Shown here: positions 1 through 12,730 of the stretch, piece after piece
Position numbering within the stretch: the first letter of the stretch is position 1
How the letters are laid out: the number at the start of each line of letters is the position of its first letter
Assembly (NCBI GenBank): GCA_030704615.1
Contig: CM060733.1
Location: forward strand, 18,786,001 to 18,850,000
Direction of reading: 5' to 3'
DNA length: 64,000 nt
Source: Takakia lepidozioides
Taxonomy: Eukaryota > Plantae > Bryophyta
Program-made: the position numbers and the translations under genes
The notes under the pieces: model-generated
What the model was told of the DNA's origin: nothing
What the model saw: the letters and a program-made list of their open reading frames with translations, nothing else
Database searches by the model: none

Positions 1-188
1 GATCCCGGGGGTATGAAGTCTCCTAGTAGGGCAACACTCTCAACAGTGGAAGCTCTCCCAAAGCCCAGGACGTCACCCTATCGAGCTTGGCGGAATGACA
101 ATACGTGAAAGGTAAAAATGAATGTTCGCTAGACAGACAAACCGGACACCTAAAATGGTGAGATCTCAAATGGGGACGATCAACCAAC

Positions 189-868
189 CTGTGGGCCTGA
201 AGAAGTGCAGCAGGGCCAAGATACTTGTCGGGGTTCCACCAATAGCTTGGACAGGAGGTGGTGCAGCACGCACACAAAATACACTCGTACATGCCATCCA
301 GCTTCTTCCTGTCCTCTCTAGATTGCAAATACTCTTTCCCACCAGGAGGGGGCTTCTTCGGCTTCAACCAGGGCTCGATGCTCTTGTACTGGCTGTAGAA
401 CTGGGTCATGTCCACCACCAAATCTTTCACAACATACATATGCGGCAGGGGTGTAATATTGGTCTCGCTCGACGTATCTGTGTCTATTTTGGTCAAGCAT
501 GCCAGGCCGTTGACGCCCTGGATGTTCATGGCACATGATCCACAGATGCCTTCCCTGCACGATCTCCGAAAAGCAAGACCCGTGTCAACTTCGTTCTTGA
601 TCTTGATGAGTGCATCCAACACCATAGGCCCGCACTCGTTTGTGTTGATTGTGAAGGTCTGCAAATGGGGCTTGTCGCTGCGCTCAGGGTCCCATCTGTA
701 GATCGAAAACTTCTTCAAATTGGGGGGATTGGGGCTGGTCGTGGAAGCTGACTCCGTTCCCTCTGGGGCTGAAGGTGCTAGCGTACTAGACACCGATCGG
801 AGAGACAGAAGAGAGAAAGCACCCTTTGCCCTGCTCGCCAAAGGTGCCGCCCTGGTAAGAGCAGCCAT
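189..868 (-). CDS. SDH2: Mitochondrial succinate dehydrogenase iron-sulfur subunit, exon 1 (gene continues beyond the left edge of the window)
   Basis: ATG at 868. N-terminal transit-peptide-like sequence. Fe-S motifs [16 protein letters not shown] and [19 protein letters not shown]. Homology ends at LLQAHR with donor AG|GTTGGT at 189/188. Confidence 0.96.
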
Positions 869-2594
869 GGCTGCCAAACTCGAAATACTTCAACAACAAC
901 AACCCAATCGAGATATATGTCTCGGAACGATCAAACACCCAACTCGGTGCACGATGAGTGCAACAATACCCACCGGGAAGAGAGCACAGAGACTAGCCGT
1001 GTGAACTACAACAGTAAACTCTGACCCCCGAAGAGTCTGTGGTATTTTTACTCATGCATTCTATATGTTTGATCCACCGCTGTAGATGCCCTCACATCTG
1101 GATCAACTCTTATTTCATCACACGTGGAGGAATCGAACAGCACCGAGTACAGAACTGGATGAATTGAAAATGTACACATCAGCAAGGATGTGGCATCTCC
1201 CCCACCTTTCACCTGCAGTTTGCAAGAGATAAAGATAAAGATTCTTTAACGTCCAGTGAATTTACAGAGCCTACTGCTCAACACACAGGCCATCGAGGGC
1301 CCAATGGACGGTCTGAAGGCACATGTTGAAGGATTGAACCCAGGATCACCTAGGTTATGCACAAACACCCAATTACTGGGCTACCTGCTCAAGTGCAGGT
1401 AGAGGGAAGCTTCGGCAGAGATCAGTGGAGGTAAGTAGGTGTACAGGAGAGGAGAGCTGATCACCCAATCCATCCAGTTTCCAGTTTCCAGTTTCCAAGG
1501 AGGCATTCACAAGGGATGAGGAAGTAGTAAGTACATCTCAAACAAGGGAGGAAGAGCCTTTCACAAACAATTCCCAGTTGGATGCCACTGGTAGGAGAGA
1601 GGGAGGTTCTAATGAGGTTGGCAAAGGAGGAGGTGCCCATCTGTAGGTGACCAATTTGGCTTGCAGTCACTAGATTACTGTGAGGCTTCAGTGGGTTTGG
1701 TGAGTACAAAATGGTTTGAAACCCTAGAATGTATGGTTTCAAGTTGTTGAAGTATTGCATTGAAGTATGAAATCAATGAGGCGCACTAGAAGATATATGG
1801 CAAGAGGTTGAAGTTCTTATCAGTGAAATAGAACGTTTCATTGCAAAGTAATGGTGTGAGTTTCACATATTCCTATGATTGCAAGTCTCCAGGGCATTCT
1901 GTCGTTGGAGATGCTACATGTAGTATTGATTTAGCAGCTAAAGGTTTCATAGAAACCAGCACTTGCCTTGAGGAATTGTCAGAGGCTCAAGGACTAGTGG
2001 CGATGATTTTACAATGACATACCGGCAACCTCTGGGATAGGACAAACACAAGATGGTACTATATCTTGAGAGTACCTGCACAACAGTATAAACGTATAAA
2101 CATTGTTGTTCTAATTTGACATTAGTGTCCTCTTAAGTTTGCACTCGGATTCGAGACAAATCATGTAATGATATGGTTTATGGGAACTCCTTGCACAATG
2201 AACCTTAGCGAAGGCTGGATCGTATAGGGTTTGCAGAGCATCATATAACTAAAACAAAGGAGGATCATGTTATTGACAAAGGCCTTCCGGTACAGAAAGG
2301 AAGGCCTGCTTTTAGTTCCAACCCTAATAAAAACTTTTAGAGTATCAACCTTGGGCACCTGCTTGGAAAGTGAATAACCTTACCATATAACTGCAATCCC
2401 ACCAGTCTACAATGTGCAAGCCTGTGCTGTCCACAGCTCTAAAGTTGCATTTACTGAGATCATATTATCAGGGTGCATTCATAACCCACATTGGCCAGAC
2501 AACAACTTCCACTACAGGAAGGAAACATGCTATAGACACGTTGTCGCCAAGAAACTGACAAGATATAGAATGATGGAGACTCTTCTGCTTCAAG

Positions 2595-5500
2595 CTATCT
2601 CTTGAACATGAGTCTCTCGTACAATGCAAGGAGATCCTTCTTGGCAGGGTTGCGCAGTAGCAAAACTTCGTTCCCAAAACCAGCTTCAGTCAACTTGACC
2701 TTGAGCTTATTCACAGTGAACTTCGTGTAATCAGACGCCCGTTCCTTTGCAACCTCATTAGAGCCGTAGTCTTCCTCCACCTCCACCCCCTTAGCATGTG
2801 CCAAGCTACTGCCATTGTCGAAGTGCTGCTCCATCCTACCCCTTTTTTGGCTTGCAACCTCAATGTCCATATCCTGGGGTGCGGATTCGCCCCCCGTCTC
2901 ATCCATCCGAGGTCTCTTACTTCGTGACGAGGTAGCGGGCGTCTCTGTGTAGGCTCTTAGCCGTGTGTCAAGTGCCGCCTCATGGTTGCGCACAGACATC
3001 AGCTGTGTTTGAAGAGCATCAAGCTCTGCCTGGACAGTTTGGACTTGCAATGACAGCGCTTCAGCACGGCTGCTTGCCTCCACTTTTGCAGCTCTTTCAC
3101 TGGCCAACAAGCTTTCAAACGCTTCTACCGTTTTTGTCCCCTGCTCCTGTGAGGATTTCAACAGCTCTGCCACCTCCTGCTCCCTTTCATCTAGATGTCG
3201 TTCCAATGATGTGGCCCGCAAAATCGCTTCCCTCTCTGCCAGCTTTGCCCTTTCGATTTCCTGCTACCACAATTGCACAGAACATGTTTTTTCGGACATG
3301 TCAAATGGCACCTAACAAGCTTGGTCATGCTACTCTCTGACTCTGCCCTCATCAGCATGTTTAAGATCCAAGTAGGATGTAAAGCTTCGGGCTCTCACTG
3401 AAAGGGTCCCAAAAGATACCTGAGTCAACTCCTCTCTCTCTCTCTGGAGCACCTCAGACCGTCGCTCAGAACATTCCACTGCAGCCAGCCTTTCCACAGC
3501 CAATCGCTCTGTCTCCAGCTTCTCCTTCTCCATCACTGTTGCCTCAAGCTGGGCCTTCCCCGCCATTTCAATGGCACGTTTTGCATCTTGCTCAGCCTCT
3601 TGTTGCTTTTGTTTGGCTTCCTTCATGTGCTTCACCAACTCAGTCATGCGCTGTTCGACAATCTGTGTCTCTCCGTGGGACTTGGCCAGATCCTTCTCTA
3701 CTGTCGAAGTCAAAGATTTGGCAGCCTCTACCTCTAATTGAAGGAGCCGCATCTCAGACTTTAGCGTCCTCAACTCTTCTTCTTGACTGGTGACTTTGGA
3801 TTCGTGCTCCTAAGAGAGAAACACCCATACATCATTCATAATACTCAAATGACCACATACATATACATATATAAGCATGGTCAAGTGCGTTAGACATTAT
3901 CAAATATAAGGATACGTGTAATTGTTTCCCACACATGGGTTCAGACACGTGATACATGACTTCTAAATTAGTACTGCTCAATAGTGGCCCCCTGTGGAAA
4001 TTAATCCTGCCTCCAAAGCAAAGCAATGTAGCTAGTTCGTGATTACACTAGCTGTCAGGTATGGCCATCATAGGACCAGACCCTTGGACCAAAGGCAGAT
4101 TGGAATAAAGACGACATCGCATAAAAATTTAAAGTGTGAAGCCTTGTTGCACAGACCTCGAGACGAGCAGTTAATCCAGCAATATATTGCTCCCCTTGCT
4201 CGACCTTAGCCTGCAAATCCTTCAAGTCACCGTCCTGCCACAGCAGAACATTAAACTTCAGATATTGGCCCACACAAACTACTGCTATGACTCCATCTTG
4301 AGAGATTGTTCAGATGAATTAGAAGAAAACCAGCATTACTCACTACTTGTGAAGATATATGGACTACGGATATATGTGCATGATAAACCATAAAAAAAAT
4401 CTATGTAACTTTGTCACCCCTCTTGCTCGTGGAGGCCGACCAAGCCTCCTCCAAAAGGTGTGCTTGATACATAGCAAACTTTCTGACTGTGCCATCTTAC
4501 CTTTCGAGTCAGACCTTGCAAGGGATCATGACCATTATGAGTATCCAACAACAGTAATCTTCTATACAAAGCCATAATAAGAATCTACCTTCTGAGCCAC
4601 AATTGAGGTAAACTCTGCACGGACAGCGTCCTCTCGAAGTTGAGCCTGCTTGATAGCTTGATCTTTCTGAGCAGTTATACTATCCACTCTGGCCATCACC
4701 TGATCTGACACTGCATCATGCCTCCGTCGCCATTCAGCAGCCTCCTCTATCGCAGATCGAGACTGGTCTTGGATTTCTGCCAGACGTGCCTCTGCAGCAT
4801 TGCACCGGTTCTGCCTCAAATAAACACAACCAATTTATGTAGTCAGGATATATTTCCACTGTCCTCCCTCAACGTCTCCCCGCATTCTCCTCCAGTGTAA
4901 GCAGTCCTAGGGTTGGGACACACAGTGTGTAAGTGCTATGTAGACAATACAGATATTCAGGAAGATAGTGTCTGCAGACAGAGTACCTGTACTTCTACCA
5001 TTTTATTTACCAAAGTTATATGAAGTTGTTGGATATACTTAAAAGAGGCATAAATAGACAGTCCTTTTAACGACGTTGGAAATGTCATTGTTCACTTACC
5101 TCCACTGCAGCTTCAGTAAACCCACTATTTGGTGGTAGTTACCCCCATCGTACGTGTTACGCACTGTGTTTACAAACCATCTTTGTAAAGAAGTATGGAT
5201 TAAGCATGAGCCCTAAAAACCTTATGGCTTGATGACTTAGTTATGTTTCATAATGCCTTCCCTTCAGCAATTATATGGATGCACCTCAAAAGTCGCATAT
5301 TCAGACCCCATCCTTTCCTCCTGTCTCTGATGTTCCCTCAGAAGATGCTCGTGCTTGCTCTGCCACTCAGAGCCCTCTTTCTTGGCCCCTTCCAGCTGCT
5401 CCCCAAGATTTGCACGTTTCTCCTCTAAGGACGTGAGCTTCCGCTGTAATACACCATACTGAGCAGCTGCATTGTCAGACGATTTTTTGTAGTCGTCAAT

Positions 5501-8500
5501 TGACAGTTCATAGCGTTTCTTCCATTCTTGTGCATCCCGTTGTGCTGCATCTGCTTTCATCCCAGCAAAGGAGAGTCTTTCCTCCATGGACCGACCTTTC
5601 GTTTCCAGGCTTGAGTATGCTGCAGCTGCTTTATCAGTTGCACGCTTCACCAGGTCATGCAGTGGCCCTGCCAAACTGCAGCATCCAATAGACCACAAGC
5701 AACATCTCAGACATGGTAAATGCTTTAGTTTTCTAAAACCCCTATTGATACCCACATTAGCTCCCATCAATTCTTCTGACCCCCAACTGACCATGTTATT
5801 CTTCCCTGCTGTGATTCGTGACTTACAGTTGTGCCCATCACGAAAGCATGACGGGGTGGAAACAAACTCAAGGGTGCTCACCTAAAGACATGGAGAGCCT
5901 ACAAAAAGACGTTGATATACCTTTTCTGCAGAAACTTTGTAAGTTTCTGCCACTTGAAGGACCCAACTGCTGCCATCTCATACTCTGCCACCAATCCATC
6001 AAGAACCTGTGAAGGTGCAGTGTAGGCAGAGTTTGGTTAAAGCCCAAGAAGATTCCACCTTGTTGAATTATATCAGCATCATAAGAAAGAAGAAACTGCA
6101 AAGCTCCCTCATTTCCAAGAAATTTTGAACAACTAAATATGAGACCCAAGCATGCAGTATAGAGTATGGAGTATTACTTTCAAAGGGCATGTGCTGCTTT
6201 TCCCAATAACGACAAACACAAACAATGACACTCTGAACAAAGGAAAACTAACTTCCTTCCTCTTCTATACATAGCAGGTTTGGCTGGACAAACCCCTTCT
6301 GTAACTTCAGCACAGATGAAGGGCCTCCTAATTAGTTGCATAAAATCTCTTCGTACAGCAGCGATAAAGATAGCGAAGAGGAATAAAGCCTAAGAGAGTA
6401 CAAGAGAAAACCAAAACCCCAAACATGTCCCGTGGAGATAAGTGCCTCATGAGAAAAGGAAAGACAGACAAGCCATACATAGTACATTCAGATCAGACAT
6501 TATTGATTGAGGTTGTTCCCAGAGAGACTAAACCTCCCACCTTCACAACAGAATCATAGGAGGCATTGGCATCATTGCATGCATTGCGCAATCTCTCTTC
6601 CATGCTGCCCACAGCTCTCAAACATTTAAGCTCAGATTCCATAGATGTCTTGCGCTTGTACTCCTGTCACATTTATCACCATTAGTTGCACGTGATATCT
6701 CATCAAAAGATCAGTCCTCAGGAGGCCAGATTACCTGCAGTTTACAAATTATCAGATTACAGACTTCAAGAACGTCAAAACATGCACTTTCAATAAAACC
6801 CCAGAAATGTTTTGCACAAAAGACAAGAAGGGAGAGAAATGGCCTTCCCAGTGAACTAACTACCTCAAATCTTTTCTTCACAGTAGAGTGAAGTTGCTTC
6901 TCATACTTCTTTCGTGCCATCCCTCCACCCACGGCTTCATTGTTATATGAAATCAGTGCTCCCCGGACGGCCTCCTCATGTGCCTCTTGTAACAAAGCCT
7001 GCAAAATCAGACATTAGTATACTATGATATCAAATATGTGGCTTTCATGTCTGTGGCTTATATGTAGCAAAGATCACGGGCACTCCTTGAAATGTGTTGG
7101 ATTGGTAGAACTACCTCCTCCGGAGGGGTTGATTTGTCGAAGGAGTGGATGTATGTTTCAACTGCAACATCATGAGCACGACGACACTCATTCTCCTCGA
7201 CATTCTGTCCCATCACCAACTTCCAACTTAGACCTCATCTTCATCTTGGTTCGAGCATTGTATTACTTGTCCACTCAGACTCCCCTGATTATATCAAATG
7301 ACAAGGGAGCTGCAGATAAGAGCTGATGGTCTAACTGTCTCCATGTACAAGGCATGATGTGCAGTTTCTTTGTCAGTCCTGACATAGAAACACTTCTGCC
7401 CTACAATGTGACCGAAGCACAGTAAATATGCTTTCAGCTCAATCAGGTACCTTGAAAGGTGGAGGAAATAGCGAAAGCTACCACAAACGAATACCTACGA
7501 TCAAACCAGAGCCATTGGCCAGCATGATTTGCCAAGGCATACAGGCAATCACAAGTTATTTCACCTCTGCAAACCATGGCATACCATGCCAAAGTCGGAC
7601 ACGAACCTGCCAAGATGTAGCTATGGTGGGCACAGCCCCAGCATTGATTGCATCCAGGAACGACTGAGTGAGGGCAGCAAACATGGGCCCTGTCAAGACA
7701 ATTGACCCCAGTTGCTTTGGTCTTGCCCTCTCAAAAATGACGTTCGTCAAAGCATCCAACCCTGATTGGAACTCTGGTCGCATTCGATCAATCTGCAAAA
7801 GCCAGTTTCACTATCAGCCTCTTCATCACCCCATACCTGTCCGTCAAACCAAGAGAAGAAAATAGAATGAGTGAGTACCATACCGGTATCTGGTCAAGGT
7901 GCTGCAACTCTTTCTCTTCATTGAGAGGCCGGACCAATGTGAAACAATCACGCTCTGGAAACAAGGCTCGGATAGAAGTTCGGATCTACAGTTCTCAAAC
8001 AAGCACCACCCTCTAGACATTAGTTCTAAAAAATCTCCAAACACAGCTGCGCACCTGGAAATCAGGTAAAACAATCTCCCAACATCAGTAAGCATGTCTT
8101 TCAAAGGTTGCAAGAACCACCCAGCTTCTCTTCAATGATAATCCCATTAGGTCCCAACAGGATTTTGGTAACATGATAGAGAGACAGACAAACCCCTTTG
8201 GAGAAGGGGCAAAAGGGCATTGAGAAGTGACCTCATTCTTGGCTGCAACAGCTTTTCCAGAGCCAGGAATGGATTGGAGTGCAGACTCGAGATAGTCCCT
8301 AGGGGTTATCCTCCGCCCATCTTCAGTAAGGTCTAAGTAAAAGTCCTGTGCAAGCCAAGGTAAATGCCTCGTGTAAGACATGTAATCCTGACCATTATTC
8401 AAGACATTTCAATAAAACTGTACTTGACACATAAACTACATCCAAGTACATCTCTGTACATCTCTGAGGATGCACACAAGTATAAGCTGGTAGGAATGAC

Positions 8501-10194
8501 CCACCCGTAGCAACCACAAAAAGAGCGGGGAGAATTGCCCAATCTCCGAAGCTGAGGCTTGGCCTTGAGTGGTAGAGGACGCTCGCACACGAATGTGCTT
8601 AGTCATCTCGGTCACCAATGACAATTTGTCCAATGCCGCCTCATCGATGCCACCCATCTGCAGAGTGAATGGAAACTTTAATGCATCGGATGGAAGAACA
8701 AAACACTTTGGAACCTAATCTCAATATATTTAACAGGCAAAGGAGGGCACTACATAGTCTAACCTTTTGACTCTTCAATGACATACTATTAAATAACTTT
8801 CAACCAAACGTGGCATAAAAGAGACAGTGCAAGAAAGTCGTCTTCAATCAACATACCTGATTGTAAACAAACATACTCGACAAAAGAACCGCCAATGAAA
8901 AGATTTGAGTGCTGTAAGTGCCCTGCATCCAAATGGGCATTAGCTCTATTTGACATATGATGGGCTGTGACAGCCAAAGAACTGAACAGGCAATCTCTAT
9001 ATCACATAGTAGTCTAGAGCCTTGCCTACACATAGAAGGGACAGGAAATTACAGTTTGGTCGTAGGCATCAATGCCTTCACTATCAAGTAACAGGAGACT
9101 GTATTCGCTGCCATCTGCAGCTGTACGTTTCAGTGGGATACTCCACATCCATAGGCCTTTAGTGCAGGGCCTGTGAGTTGGCCCAACCTGAAAGCCACTG
9201 CTCTGACCAAGTAGCTGTCACATCCCTCCCCACCATCCCATGTCTCCCTATTGTCAGTCAAACATATTTATCTTAATGAAGCTAAAGGTTAACATTGTTT
9301 GTCAGACCTACCCAACACCCCTGCTGAGCATGTGTACAATATTGTTAAAAAGTACAGTCATTTAAGAACATTATAGCTTGTCAACATGTGCCAAACAAAA
9401 GTGACTGTGCAACATTGCATAAGGGCTGCTACTAAGTCACCTGCGCGATGTCTGAAGTATAGACAGTCCATTTTTCACAAATTTAAGGACAATTTAGTTT
9501 GACCAATTCTCTGACTGCAATGCCAGCCAGTAAGCTATGATGCAGGTAACATCCCTAACCACATCCAGGCTAGTCCCAACATGTACAAGGGAAAAGTATA
9601 ACACTCAAGAGTAGCAATAGATGCCAACATGCTTCTGCACGCAGATGGCTATCTCCCCATCCTATGTGCAATAATCTTTACCATGATCTAATGGCTTATG
9701 CACAGGTAAATTAGGTGGAGACTGCACTGCTGGTGGTTGTCAACAGGAGAATAGTCTCACAGGCGTGATGCAGTTATCCAACATTATACAAGCACGCACA
9801 ATGTGTTAGCAATTGTCAGTACCACAGAAAATAAGAAGAGTTGTTATAAGAAGAGTTCAGACATGTGACCCTGGACTTTATACTTCTTTCTGGACATACA
9901 CACCTGATTCAAGATGAAACTCTTGCCCTGGCGTGCACGCCCACACACCGAAACTACACCAAGAGGTCCTTTTACCATCTGCAAGGCTGCCACAGCCTCC
10001 GGATCCATCTTGAACTTCCCCCTCTCATCCGAATAAACTAGTCGAAGAGCTCGAGCTGGATTGCCCGTGACAAACCTATTGCTGTAAACAGGTGGTCGCC
10101 TGCTTTGAAGAACAACCGGTGGTTCGGTCTCCATGTCTGTCTCTAGTTCTACTTTCTGCTTCACACCTGTCCGTAATCCAAACATCTGCATCAT
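2595..10194 (-). CDS. GBPL3: Guanylate-binding protein-like GTPase (GBPL3/At5g46070-like), 16 coding exons, ~1084 aa
   Basis: Exons: 10194-9904, 9214-9053, 8922-8857, 8657-8505, 8345-8232, 7985-7884, 7792-7607, 7204-7115, 6998-6864, 6663-6541, 6006-5921, 5675-5285, 4810-4589, 4234-4157, 3809-3420, 3260-2595. All introns are GT-AG and the joined frame stays open. P-loop GRARQGKS, THRPCTKGLW, LLLDSEG, long coiled coil, C-terminal DYTKFTVNKLKVKL helix motif. Confidence 0.92.
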
Positions 10195-12730
10195 GCTTAC
10201 GATGCCGAGGGAAAATTTCTATCTCCCTTTGATGTGTGCTTCTTATAATTATTTTGGTAGAGAGGGAGAGAGAGGGAGAGAAGCAGCAAGAGGGAAGCAA
10301 TTTCAGCCCTGTAACAGTCACGAGGGATCCTAAATTCCCTGCATTCCCAGATACGCTTGTGCTCCTTGCCCTGAAGTGTGTTGCAAGCGTGGTAAAAAGG
10401 CCTAGTTTGTGTGCCCTCCCAACATCTGCATTTTTGTCCTCGCAGCTAACCTGTCTCCTTGTTTGAATGTCTCCCTGGACCGATAAAAGAGAAGTGAGAA
10501 GGTGAGGACAGCAGAGGAAACAGATGGACAGCAGGTAGCCTTTGTTAGAAGCAAAGAAAGCAGACAAGTTTCTTGCCTCTGTCAAACAGGGTGGGAAGAA
10601 CAGGGATGAGAATATAGTGCAACCAGCAAGCACAAAAGGAAAAGGAAGTTCAGGCTGCTACTTTGGCTAAAGCAGGAAACTAACTCATGTCCAAATAGAT
10701 GCTACAGTGAAGAGTGAATGTTAAGAAGGCAAGAATGGCGGAAATTTAAACACACAGTAGGGGACAGACAGCAACAGGTCCTTGCCTAGTGAATTGAAGA
10801 GTGCAAAAAGCAAGGCAAGGAACCAAGTTGATTGAAATGATTTGACATGGCAGAGGGGACTCAGAACGTAAGTGGGGAAAAAAACAGAGGGACTCCTTCC
10901 CTTTGTATAAATCTCTAGAGCAAATGAGAGGAAGACAGCAAGTTTTTACAGTAAGCATACAGGGATACCACCCTCCAGTAGACTGGAGACGTTTCTCAAA
11001 ATGACTACAAAAATGTGGAGACTAAATGACAGGAATTGCATCAGGAAGGGCAGCATAAAGGAATAACAGTGAAAACAAGGCGGCTGCAGGGAGGGAGAAT
11101 AAAGATTGAAGTTGTATCAACGACCCAGAGAGAACAAAACCATCTCATTGCAGATGAAAAGAAGCACACTGAATTCTCAGCTTTGATCTCAACCTTCACT
11201 TTAAGTTGAATTGGCAAGATAGACATAGACCACTACACCACACAAAACTAAGGACGCAATAAGTTAAAAAGCACTTCTTCACGTGAGGAGATGCAGGAAA
11301 AGCACAACCATTCAAAAGCCCCCACATACAAAGAGTGAAATTAGAAATTAAAAAACAACATACATTAATCAAGGAAAGAATTTCAAGGCTGGACATACTC
11401 GAAAACGCTTCTCTGAACATGATAAGGCAAATACAAGAGTATTTTGGAAGAATGCTTATCCTTCCCTTTCAGTAAGCATTCGGACAGAAAAAGAATATGA
11501 GACAACAAGGACAGATGTTACTGCAATGAGGGAGTGGGGAAGACGAGGACAAGTCAGGTACAGAAAATCGACTTTCTTGGAAAATCTCCGTGAATTTCTA
11601 AGGGAAACCAGATGCGAGACAAATAAAAAGAAATCTGAAAGGGTTAGCACAACGAATGGACGAAAGACCGTAATTTAAAAATGTGTACAGAATACGTTGA
11701 GGGACTCGCAGAGTGCTGACGCTGAGCACAATGGAGAAGCAGGAAAAGCTTCTAATCCACACCTTATTGTAATTGAAAACGTGAGGAAGAAGCAAATGGC
11801 AATTGCAAACGATAGACAGATATGAAAGAAAGAGAGAAACAGATAGTGAAGAAATCTTGAACATCCTGTACCTTAGATGCGGAACTGCTAGAGAGATCAA
11901 TCACGAGTGAATTGGCAGACACAATGACGAAGCCTGCATGAGATCGATAAAGAAGAAAGCGGGAAAACAAATGCGAAGAATGTCACGCTGTATACATCGG
12001 ATCGGACCGCTGAATTAGGGTTCACCAACAGCAACTCCACACGTGCCCCTCATTCCCTGCGTTTTCAGTTTACATTCATCGACATCTAGTGTTCCCAATG
12101 TGTAGGGTAGACAACCCATGCGGGGTGCTTCACACCTTGCCACGAGGGCGGAAAAACCTACGGGTTCTTGCCCTTTGTATTTTCAGGGAGCGTACCTGAC
12201 AGGTCAACAGGGGGGGGACCTTACGCAGCGTGGGACCATACGACCATACGCAGTGTCATCTTTTCCTTACTACTATTCTAGGGATCTCAGCCATCCACTG
12301 CGATCCTTAAAACATCTCAGCCATCCAACGCTGCGAAAAGAAACCCTACGTCTTTACGCAGGGTAAGTCCCCCAACCGGGGGGACTTACCCTATCGAACT
12401 CAAAGAATTTTCAAAAAGACAGTGACTTGCCAGGCTGGCGAGGAGCGTTACGGAAAGTAATTAGCGACGTGGTACTTTATTCGCTGAAGTAAGCCCACTC
12501 GAAACACAGGATCTTTTTTGGAAATTCTTCACGGAAATCATCCATTCTCTCTGTTCGTCACTACGGTAGTCTTTAGGGAACGCAACCCGGGATTAGAGCC
12601 TGCCCTAACATATCGTCTTCCATGCATCTGCAGTTTCTCGACCTGTATCTGGATTGATTGTCGTGGTCCAACTCTGCGTGTTTGGATCTCCAACTCTTCT
12701 CCCAGGTCACCGGCGTGCTCGTGTGTGGGG

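Noticed and set aside
5921-6006. Apparent frameshift in GBPL exon 11
   Set aside because: The correct frame reads AAVGSFKWQKLTKFLQK and phases match the next exon; the ORF-track frame is a different one.
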